Shown one piece after another: positions 28,601 to 38,001 of a stretch of 47,336 nucleotides of DNA. The stretch comes from Catajapyx aquilonaris (lineage: Eukaryota), in the NCBI GenBank assembly GCA_000934665.2, contig JYFJ02003023.1, positions 1 through 47,336 of the forward strand, read 5' to 3'. Position numbers and translations under genes: made by a program. The notes beneath the pieces were generated by a model. That model was given only the letters and a program-made list of their open reading frames with translations. It had not been told where the DNA came from and searched no databases. Numbering within the stretch: the stretch's first letter is position 1; every line of letters starts with the position of its first letter.

Positions 28601-31600
28601 GTGGGAGACAAGAAGTGCCACCTGTCGCGGTGCAAGTGACCAGTGACCTATTTGCCTCGAGGTCGTAACGTCCATTTGGCAAAATGTCCGGTCCGGACGT
28701 CTTTTTGTGACGGCAGCTGTGGTGGATGCTGCTGGTCGAACGTCGCCTAACGTTCCTCCGGCCGTCGGTTACGTCTTTTCCTATTGTGTCGACTGCCCCC
28801 CCCTCTTACCTAGCTGCATGCAACTCCCCTGGTTTCTTTTGGGGGTCCAGAAAAGAAGCAGCCGGCTCGAGGAGGTTCCGGACAATGGCCGCAGATTTTG
28901 GTGGAGCAAGGCTGGGCAGAGGGGGAGAGAACCCCTCTCTTTGCCCTTTCTTTTGAGTATGCCTGGGGGCTCATGAGGAACATGGCCGATCCCTTTTCCA
29001 ACCATCCGGAAGAAATCAGGGGCTTTTGATGGTCGCATACGGGCCACACGCAATTTTTTTATATATGTGCATCGGTTAATAAAACGGATTCGTTTCAGGG
29101 TACACGGGCATCCACTGCGAGGTGGACATCGACGAGTGCCAGCCGAACCCGTGCTTGAACAGCGGTATCTGCAACGACCTGATCAACGGGTACAAATGCT
29201 TGTGTCCGACTGGGTTCACCGGGAAGAGATGCCAGATCAACATCGACGATTGCGAGAGCAACCCGTGTCAAAGCGGGGGTGTCTGCAAGGACTCCATCGC
29301 TGGTTACACCTGCGAGTGTCCGGCTGGGTTGACAGGTCAGTTGGATTTTGTGTGTTGTTTTTTTTAAATGGGTGGGCAAGAGCGGCCATCATTTCCGGCG
29401 GAGGGGGTTTACTTGGATCCCACGACCTTCAACGTGGGTTTGGTCAAAATGTGGCAGCCTTGGGGGCCCCGAAGGAGCCAAGGGGGGAGAGAGAGCAGGG
29501 GAAGAGCAACAAAAAAGAGGAAGGATGGGAATTGTTGCCGGCAGAGAGAGCCAGGGCGCAGGGGAGTGTAGCCAGTCGGTGGTTTTTGTTGCCCGCGGGC
29601 TGCAATCCAGACTGCCCGCCCGCTTGTCTCCTGTGTTCTTGCTCGCCCGACCAGATAGCCCCAAGCTTCAAAGGGGGGAGAGTAATGAGATGGGCAGTAA
29701 AGCCACATATGCATTTAAGGGATTGCAGTCATGAGCAGCCATAAATTCGGGGTATTTCAGTTACAGCATTTTCGTGCTTGTTAAAATACTCAATTAATGG
29801 ATAAGTAATATCTGGGTTGTGATTATTTTCATGTTGTTACAGTTATCGTTACAGTCTTCTGACTTGTGTGTCTACAAAATCTAACACTAATTTGTTACTG
29901 TGCAATGAACAGGTCCCAACTGCGAGACAGACATAAATGATTGCCAGAGCTCTCCCTGCCATCATGGGGAATGCTTAGATGGAATGAACTCTTTCACCTG
30001 CAACTGCCATCCAGGGTATAGTGGCCTTCTGTGCCAGACCCAAGTGAACGAGTGTGAGAGCAATCCCTGTCAGCATGGAGGCTTGTGTGAGGACCTCATC
30101 AACGGATTCCAGTGCCGATGCCGCCCGGGGACATCGGGGAAGACCTGCGAGTACAATGTTAATGAATGCTTCAGCAATCCATGTCGAAATGGGGCTCGTT
30201 GCATCGATGGGATTAACAAATACAGTTGCGAGTGCAGGCCTGGATTCAATGGGATGCACTGCGAGACCAACATCAATGAATGTGCATCAAACCCATGTGC
30301 CAATGGTGGAAAATGTGTGGACATGGTAAATGGGTTTAAATGTGAGTGCCCTCGAGGCTACTTTGATGCACGCTGTCTCTCTGATGTGAATGAATGTGAG
30401 TCCAGCCCATGTGTTAATGGTGGTACTTGTGAAGATGGCGTTAATCAGTTCACTTGTCATTGCCTGCCTGGTTATGGTGGAAAGAGATGCGAGTTGGAAC
30501 TGGATGAATGTCAGTCCAACCCATGCCAACATGGGGGCACATGCCATGATGCTCTAAATGCATATTCCTGCACATGTTTGGTTGGCTACTCTGGGCGCAA
30601 CTGTGAGACCAATGTGGATGATTGTGCATCGCAGCCATGTCGCAATGGTGGGTCATGCATCGATTCGGTTAATGACTACCAGTGTGTATGCGAGCTGCCA
30701 TACACTGGGCGCGACTGTGGAGATGAGATGGATCCATGTGCTCCAAATAAGTGCAGGAATGGTGCCAGGTGCACTCCCTCCAGCAACTACTTGGACTTTG
30801 CCTGCAGTTGTGAGCTGGGATACACTGGGAGGCTGTGTGACGAAGACATTGACGAATGTGCTGTGTCATCCCCATGCCGCAACGGGGCAACCTGTCAGAA
30901 CACAAACGGCTCCTACCTCTGTCTCTGTGCCAAGGGCTATGAGGGACGGGACTGTCTTACCAACACTGATGACTGTGCTCCACGTAAGTACTCTTCATAG
31001 GTATTCTTACAATACAGTATAACAATCACATGACTAAATGATATGTAATGCAAAATGATCTGAATATTTAAGGACATTATCGAATCGAATCGAATCTTGA
31101 ATTATTTGTCCACATCCAAAGTTGGCACTCCAGACTTTTATCTGGAGTGCAAATTGCTTACTTGGAGTGCTTAATTTTTAATTACTGGGTTTAGCCACGT
31201 TAAAAACAGGACCAACTAGAGGGTAAAGTTTGCAATCCATGGCACACTTTGGAGTGCAAGTAATAATTTTGGAGTGCACAGGTGCACCTTTGCATCCAGA
31301 TATTTTGACCCCTGTTATTACTTTTTGTTTCAGATATAATAAATTTGTATGAAGAATCTTAGTAGCCAAATAATTATAATGATTCTCTGGATATTAATAT
31401 TTCTTGTAGTGTTGTGTGTTATTTTAAAATTGTGCTGTTGAAATTGGAGGATAATTAAGATGTCAGATAACATTGTGCTGTCATGTGTTGCACATACTGT
31501 ACACTTTCATAACGTTAAAGGGATGAAAATGAAACCCAGCATATTAATATTGACTTTTGTTATTTAGATCCTTGCCAGAATGGGGGTACCTGTTTGGATG

Positions 31601-34600
31601 GGATTGGAGAGTACACTTGCCTGTGTGTGGATGGTTTTGGAGGCAAGCATTGTGAGATGGATATCGATGAGTGCGACTCCTCTCCTTGTAAGAATGGGGC
31701 CACCTGCAATGACTATGTCAACTCATACACTTGCACCTGTCCACTTGGATTCTCTGGAACTAACTGCCAGACCAATGACGAGGACTGCACAGAGAGTAGC
31801 TGCATGAATGGAGGAACGTGCATTGATGCTATCAACAACTACACTTGCATTTGTGCTGTTGGGTAAGTTGTAGCCAATGACAGATGTTGCCTGCCTTTGA
31901 ACTCGAATGCAATGGTCATTCCTAATGCACGTGTCATGAGTATCTTGAAATGCATTATCTGAGTAACTGAAGGGTTCTATCACATAAGTTCTCAGGAATC
32001 TCTCATGTGGAATGTTTTCCAGGTATACCGGCTCCAACTGCCAGTACCCGATCAACGAATGTGACAGCCACCCATGCCTGAATGGTGCAACCTGCTTCGA
32101 TCATGTTGGATACTACACTTGCCACTGTCCCTACGGCCACACTGGGCAAAGATGTGAGAAGTTTGTGGACTGGTGCAGTCAGAATCCTTGCATGAATGGG
32201 GCCACCTGCAAGCAGACAGACAACACCTACCAGTGCACATGTGCCCCTGGATGGACAGGGATGCTTTGTGATGTTGAGATGGTGTCCTGCAAGGATGCTG
32301 CTCTTCGAAAGTCTGTCACCATCGAAGAACTTTGCAACAACGGGACATGTGAAGATATTGGAAACAGTCATCGCTGCCACTGCTTGGACGGGTATTCTGG
32401 AAGCTATTGCCAGCACGAAATCAATGAGTGTGAGAGTGCGCCATGTCAGAATGGGGCAACCTGCAACGACCTGATAGGATCTTACACCTGCGACTGCCAG
32501 CCAGGATTCCAAGGACAGAACTGCGAGTTCAACATCAATGACTGTGCTCCAAACCCATGCCGCAATGGTGGCGTGTGTCATGACCTGGTCAATCAGTTCA
32601 GTTGTTCGTGCCCACATGGCACTTTGGGAATTCTCTGCGAGATTAATGTCAATGAGTGCTTTGAGGGAGCATGCCATCATGGGGGCACTTGTGTTGATAA
32701 AGTTGGTGGATTTGAATGCCAGTGCCCACCTGGATATGTTGGCCCACGATGCGAAGGAGATGTAAATGAGTGCTTGTCGAACCCCTGTGCACCCCCGGGT
32801 ACCCAAGATTGTGTGCAGCTGGTCAACAACTTCAGGTGCAACTGCAAACCAGGCTACATGGGACGGCGTTGTGAAGTCAAGGTTGACTTTTGTGAGAGAT
32901 CACCATGTCTTAATGGTGGTGCCTGCACATCAGGACGTGATGGCCATAGCTGTGTATGTCCTCATGGTTTCTATGGGCGTAACTGCGAGTTCACTGGTCG
33001 AGACTGTGAGAGCGCACCATGTTTGAATGGAGCAACATGTAAGCCAAAGCCTGGAGGGGGATACATGTGTGCATGTGCACGAGGAACATCTGGGAGACAC
33101 TGCGAGGCCGATGCATGGAATGACTGTGTGTCCAACCCATGTGAGAATGGTGGCATATGCCAAGATCGTCTAGGATTTTATGAATGCTTCTGCCAACCTT
33201 TGTGGACGGGAACAAACTGTGATGTATATGAAGCTGGCTCAAAAGGTGGAATTGGTCAGGAAAAACGACCAATCCTGTCAGAACTTGACCTCGAACGTGC
33301 CAAGTGTGACCGAATGGGATGCCAGGAGAAAGCTGGTAATAAGAGATGTGATGAAGAATGCAATACATACCCATGCAGTTTTGATGGCGGTGATTGTTCA
33401 CTGGGAATCAACCCTTGGCGGAACTGCACTGCACCAGTTGCCTGCTGGGACCTGTTCATGAATGGCGAGTGTGATGAGGTATGCAATAATCGTGACTGCC
33501 TCTTCGACGGCCGTGACTGTGAGCGGAACATCTTGCCATGCAATCCATTTTATGATGCGTACTGTCAAAAGCATTATGCAAATGGGTATTGTGACTCTGG
33601 ATGCAACACGGAGGAGTGCAACTGGGATGGACTTGACTGTGAAACAAAACCAGCAGACCTTGCCGATGGATTTATGTCTGTGGTTGTGCTGATGGACTAC
33701 CAGACATTCCGGAACATGACTGTAACATTTTTGCGCGAGATGGGACATGTCTTGCGCACAAATGTACGCTTTCGCCTCGATGCTCAAGGCAACGAAATGA
33801 TATATCCATGGGACCCAAGTCATGACCCAATTAAGGTGATTGATGGTGAAGCATCATTTTCATATCCATTTGGGGCCAAAGGAGTGATTGCATTGCTGGA
33901 GCTGGACAACCGCAAATGTGATTCGGCAGAAGATGGCCAGTGCTTCCGGTCAGCAACAGAAGCAGCTGACTTCCTCGCAGCTTCTGCAGCTAGTCACTCC
34001 CTACGGACTGACTTCCCGTTGTACCAGGTTAAAGGCATGAGAGATCAGCAACCTGGCCCAGGTATCTCCGACAATGCCTCGGACTACACCTTCATTGTTG
34101 TTGGGGCATTTGTCTTTGTGCTTGTGGCACTGTTGGTTGGAGTACTGGTGTCTGCCCAGAGGAAGAAAGCAAGAGGAATCACCTGGTTCCCTGAAGGTTT
34201 CTTCCGGAATAACAGGTGAGACATCATTGTTATTTTGAACCTCCTTTTTTATTACAATGCCTTTACCAGGGTTTCCTGACCCATTTTAAACAAGTTTAGT
34301 TGAAATTTCATGTTCACTTTAGAGGAGGGATATACGTGATTGTGCTCTGAGTAATATTTTCTTCCCACTGATAGTGACTTATTCATGACGTGTCTATTGA
34401 TATTACTCACAGAGTTGTTCATAATGTACAGTTAGTGAATGTTGACTCGCCTTTTTTTCAGTGGGCAGCGATTCCATGCAAGGAGACGTGGGCCAGATGG
34501 ACAGGAGATGCGAAACTTGAACAAGCAGGTGTCTGCCTCTCGAGTTGATGTGGACCCTAATGAGAACCAAATCCCGCCTGAGCAGTGGTCAGATGATGAA

Positions 34601-36673
34601 ACGGAGAGGCCTACTCCGCCTATAGATGGTGGTTACTCCAGTGACCACACAGTCGTAACTGACTATGACGAGGCAGACCCCAGGCCATGGACGCAACAGC
34701 ACTTGGATGCAGCTGACATACGTAATCCGGACATCCTTGCACTCACTCCACCTCAGGGAGAGGTTAGTGTCTTGAGTTACTTTGCTTTTTGAAAAATATT
34801 ACCATCCAGGTAATTGGCTGCATTGGCAATGTCGGGGCTGATACAAAATTAAAGATGTAATGCCTAACTTATTACTAAATATTGTCATTTTCATATCTAT
34901 TTTAACATCTGAATATTGCTGAACAAGGGTTGAATAATTTTCAAATTACTTGGCTAGCCAACAGCTTAGACTTTTTTATTCTCCAACCAGCAGGGTGTGG
35001 ATGTGGATGTCCGTGGCCCCTGCGGCATGACCCCCTTGATGGTTGCTGCTGTTCGTGGTGGTGGACTGGACATGGGGGAGGATGAAGAGGATGATGGCAC
35101 CACAGCAGTTATTGCAGATCTCGTCACCCAGGGTGCAAAGCTCAACACAGCAATGGACAAGACTGGAGAGACTTCATTACACCTGGCTGCTAGATATGCC
35201 CGTGCTGATGCTGCAAAGCGACTGCTGGATGCTGGTGCTGATGCAAATTCACAGGACAACACTGGTCGCACACCACTGCACACTGCCGTTGCTGCGGATG
35301 CCATGGGAGTGTTCCAGATCCTCTTGAGGAATCGTGCCACTAACCTCAATGCTCGAATGCACGATGGTACGACGCCGTTGGTGTTGGCAGCAAGGTTAGC
35401 CATCGAGGGCATGGTGGAGGATCTCATAAATGCAGAGGCTGACATCAACCTCCCAGACTACAATGGCAAGACAGCTCTACACTGGGCTGCAGCAGTCAAC
35501 AATGTCGATGCCGTCAACATCCTTTTGAGTCATGGTGCCAATCGTGATGCTCAGGATGACAAGGATGAGACGCCTTTGTTCTTGGCAGCACGTGAGGGGA
35601 GCTATGGTGCTGCTAAGGCTTTGTTGGACAACTTTGCGAATCGTGACATCACCGACCACATGGACCGCTTGCCCCGTGACGTTGCACAGGAAAGGTTGCA
35701 CAATGACATTGTCTTGTTGCTGGATGAGCATGTGCCCCACTCACCTCAGATGGCTCCTATGGTGTCCCACAGTCACCTTGTCGGTTCACCAAACCTAATC
35801 ACCCACCCAACAGTGATTGGTGCTGCTAAGCCTCCTAAACCCAAGAAGCGACCAAAGAATGCAGCAGTGGCAGCTGAGAAAGCTGATGATGGTGCCACTG
35901 GTGGTGTGAAGCGCAAACCAAGCGTGAAGAAGCGCAAAGTTGAACCAGCAGCACCAGCACCACCTCCACAACCCCAAGCAGAACCTGACAACTCATTTGT
36001 TCCAAGCGCTTACATGCTTGACATGTGTTCAGGAGTTCAAGTCAAGCAACCGCCGTCATATGATGAAGTTGTCAAAAATGGCCTTACGATGGATGGTGCA
36101 GCATCAAATGCTATTTATGCCAACTTCCCACAACATGGTGGCCCACCACCACCACCTCCACCGCCACCATTGCCACATCGTGGGCAACCCCAAAACTACC
36201 AGCTTCTGTCTTATCCTGTGGGAAATTACACAGCGGCATCACCAACCAAATCTCGCCCATCAATGCCCATTTCTCCAACGCACATGGCAGCAATGAGGAC
36301 TGCGACGCATCAAAAACTGCAGCAACACCACCAGCAGATGTTCGAGTTCCCAGGTGACCCGATGGCAGCATACACAACAATGGGGCAGCAGCAGCAACAA
36401 CAGCAGCAGCAGGGCTATTACCCACAGCACTATCCAACCCCACCATCACAACATTCCCACGGGAGCAATGCAGAAGCAACACCACAACACTTGCTGCATC
36501 CTCCGGAAAACTTCCCAACTCCTAGCCCAGAGTCTCCGGGTCAGTGGTCATCGTCATCACCCAGGTCAAGCTCAGATTGGTCAGATGGGATTTCAAGTCC
36601 TGCGGAGCCACCTGGAGTCAGTTACTCTGGCGCGCCAGTGCTACCAAAACCGGCTGAAGCCATCTACATTTAA
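1827..36673 (+). CDS. Notch: Notch receptor, complete gene; join(1827-1911,6490-6571,18758-19032,19110-19305,20498-20631,22563-22919,22981-23136,24088-24270,29099-29335,29913-30983,31568-31862,32023-34215,34462-34762,34991-36673), about 2415 aa
   Basis: Exon lengths sum to 7248 nt with consistent phases and GT-AG introns. Translation gives signal peptide, 36 EGF repeats (counted), 3 LNR, NOD/NODP, TM helix, RAM WFP motif, ankyrin repeats ([21 protein letters not shown]), PPSY, polyQ and PEST ([15 protein letters not shown]). Confidence 0.97.
6490..6571 (+). CDS. Notch: Notch exon 2 (first part of EGF1)
   Basis: ttccag| acceptor; [28 protein letters not shown]|gtaag donor. Not present in the ORF track. 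Confidence 0.93.
7635..7671. repeat. (TAT)n microsatellite in Notch intron 2
   Basis: About 12 TAT units; explains the poly-Asn in the spurious ORF 7402-7683. Confidence 0.95.
18758..19032 (+). CDS. Notch: Notch exon 3 (EGF1-3)
   Basis: cttcag| acceptor; [30 protein letters not shown]...AAGYR; G|gtcagt donor. Confidence 0.96.
19110..19305 (+). CDS. Notch: Notch exon 4 (EGF3-5)
   Basis: ttacag| acceptor; [14 protein letters not shown]...VNTYGSY; AA|gtaag donor. Confidence 0.96.
20498..20631 (+). CDS. Notch: Notch exon 5 (EGF5-6)
   Basis: ttccag| acceptor; [30 protein letters not shown]...CECPS; G|gtaag donor. Confidence 0.95.
22563..22919 (+). CDS. Notch: Notch exon 6 (EGF6-9)
   Basis: polyT-gcag| acceptor; [18 protein letters not shown]...CAPGKT; G|gtacgg donor. 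Confidence 0.96.
22981..23136 (+). CDS. Notch: Notch exon 7 (EGF9-11)
   Basis: Follows a 61-nt intron; [14 protein letters not shown]...DINECEE; G|gtaag donor. Confidence 0.96.
24088..24270 (+). CDS. Notch: Notch exon 8 (ligand-binding EGF11-12)
   Basis: tttgaag| acceptor; [18 protein letters not shown]...[21 protein letters not shown]|gtaag donor. Confidence 0.96.
29099..29335 (+). CDS. Notch: Notch exon 9 (EGF12-14)
   Basis: tttcag| acceptor; [18 protein letters not shown]...CPAGLT; G|gtcagt donor. Confidence 0.96.
29913..30983 (+). CDS. Notch: Notch exon 10 (EGF14-24)
   Basis: aacag| acceptor; [15 protein letters not shown]...NTDDCAP; C|gtaag donor. Confidence 0.96.
31078..31314. repeat. 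Repeat/transposon remnant in Notch intron 10
   Basis: (ATCGA)n run, four TGGAGTGC copies plus one inverted GCACTCCA, ending in GACCCCTG. Confidence 0.4.
31568..31862 (+). CDS. Notch: Notch exon 11 (EGF24-26)
   Basis: tttag| acceptor; [17 protein letters not shown]...CICAV; GG|gtaag donor. Confidence 0.96.
32023..34215 (+). CDS. Notch: Notch exon 12 (EGF26-36, LNR A-C, NOD/NODP, TM, RAM start)
   Basis: ttccag| acceptor; long ORF with LNR cysteine pattern, TM ([20 protein letters not shown]) and [16 protein letters not shown]|gtgag donor. Confidence 0.97.
34462..34762 (+). CDS. Notch: Notch exon 13 (RAM linker)
   Basis: ttttcag| acceptor; [10 protein letters not shown]...WSDDE...[10 protein letters not shown]...LTPPQGE; |gttagt donor. 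Confidence 0.95.
34991..36673 (+). CDS. Notch: Notch exon 14 (ankyrin repeats, NLS, PPxY, polyQ, PEST)
   Basis: CAGCAG tandem acceptor, so the exon starts at 34991 or 34994; ANK repeats, KPKKRPK and [11 protein letters not shown] basic NLS-like motifs, PEST; TAA stop. Confidence 0.96.
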   Translation, partial: QGVDVDVRGPCGMTPLMVAAVRGGGLDMGEDEEDDGTTAVIADLVTQGAKLNTAMDKTGETSLHLAARYARADAAKRLLDAGADANSQDNTGRTPLHTAVAADAMGVFQILLRNRATNLNARMHDGTTPLVLAARLAIEGMVEDLINAEADINLPDYNGKTALHWAAAVNNVDAVNILLSHGANRDAQDDKDETPLFLAAREGSYGAAKALLDNFANRDITDHMDRLPRDVAQERLHNDIVLLLDEHVPHSPQMAPMVSHSHLVGSPNLITHPTVIGAAKPPKPKKRPKNAAVAAEKADDGATGGVKRKPSVKKRKVEPAAPAPPPQPQAEPDNSFVPSAYMLDMCSGVQVKQPPSYDEVVKNGLTMDGAASNAIYANFPQHGGPPPPPPPPPLPHRGQPQNYQLLSYPVGNYTAASPTKSRPSMPISPTHMAAMRTATHQKLQQHHQQMFEFPGDPMAAYTTMGQQQQQQQQQGYYPQHYPTPPSQHSHGSNAEATPQHLLHPPENFPTPSPESPGQWSSSSPRSSSDWSDGISSPAEPPGVSYSGAPVLPKPAEAIYI

Positions 36674-36724
36674 GCAATGGACATACTCTGTACATTTGTG
36701 TACAATTCCTACGCCTAAGGTTGC

Positions 36725-37023
36725 CTCATGCCAAGTTGCCCTATTTTGGGGGGAAACAAGTAAATGGGACAATTCAGCTCGACCTGACCTTGTCATTGAT
36801 TGAAATAGCACAGGATGTGCTTCTTGACACAAAATTTTCATTCCATTTTATTTACGTGGAAGGAAAGTAATTAATTTGAGGCTCCCAAATGACAGTTGCA
36901 ATTAGGACTCAGTTGTATATTTTATCAAGTCATATCTTCCTGCATTTTTCATTCCCTGACCTCCACAATGCAGAATTGAATTGTCCCATTTTAATGCATT
37001 CTTGACACACAACTTGGCATGAG
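36725..37023 (+). other. Long fold-back structure in the Notch 3'UTR
   Basis: Nested perfect inverted repeats 36725-36738/37010-37023 (14 bp) and 36762-36776/36977-36991 (15 bp), plus an imperfect inner stem. Confidence 0.7.
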
Positions 37024-38001
37024 CCGAGTCCCACGCTTGTTTATTTTTTATCTTCCGGGAGGATGATGATAGATCTCACCGAAGATTTCCTGTCCTCTGT
37101 ACAAAGTGCATTTACTTGAGCATCTGTTGGAGAAAAAAAAAAGCGCGTGATACAAGTAACTGTTGGGACCAAGCTTATTTTTATACAGAAACACATTCCA
37201 CGTAAAATGATAATTAGGAGAGAAATTTGCCGTCATTCCAGACAACGTGCCTTATTAAGCCCGTCAGTTTTTTATTCAGAGATTTTAATGCTCAATTATA
37301 CGAAAGGGACCATTTTTACAGATGCGAAAATTGTGAATCTCGGATTTTTGTTTCAATTTTGTGTATAGCTCAAAAGGTTATTCTACATGCAGACTATGGT
37401 TCTTTCAGCGTGGACTCAGTATGCGCGATTTATTTATTTTATTTTACAAGGACAAAATAGTGTTGTGTAACAGTGTACAGTACGATATTTTTTAAGAATG
37501 TGATTTTTTTTTCCTTCTCGTTGAAGCTAAGCTTCAGGACAGAAATCGCCGATGGTGTACTTCTTTGTGTTTTATTTTTATGAAGGGATTTTAAGTGGAC
37601 GTGAACAGTGTCCATGCAAGTTTTTGTTGTGCAGGAAGAAGATATTAAAGTACGTTAGTGTACAAAGGAAGCACGGAGCGAGTGTAGCATGTGAAGGCTT
37701 TTTGCTGATGGAACAAAGAGATAGGTTTGTACTTTTTGCAGGTATGGATTATACCTTAAATAAAAAAGGACGCTGCGTATCATCCTGTATCTTTCCAACT
37801 TCATTTTACTTCTCTCTTTGGCTGTCCACTCCCACACCCACACCATAATATAAAAGCAAGTGACAGTTGAGGAATGGAAGAAAAAGGTATATCACAATAT
37901 GGCGTTGCTTGTCAAACTTGAAGTTCCAATTGATGCTTTCATTTGGCTTTAAATTTTTATCAAACTGTAGGCCTGTTCAGTTGATCTGGACAATTGCATA
38001 T

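Noticed and set aside
1912..29912. Numerous 60-225 aa ORFs in Notch introns and antisense or alternate frames of exons (e.g. 26913-27449, 29067-29744, 22532-23086)
   Set aside because: No recognisable domains, mostly non-ATG starts, homopolymer-derived composition, or simply shadows of EGF exons.
29913..33230. Periodic sequence that might suggest a tandem or CRISPR-like array
   Set aside because: It is the coding periodicity of EGF repeats in a eukaryotic gene.
34216..34461. Intron retention giving a Notch truncated just after the RAM WFP motif (in-frame TGA at 34217-34219)
   Set aside because: A stop inside the GTGAG donor is commonplace and there is no evidence of retention or intronic polyadenylation.
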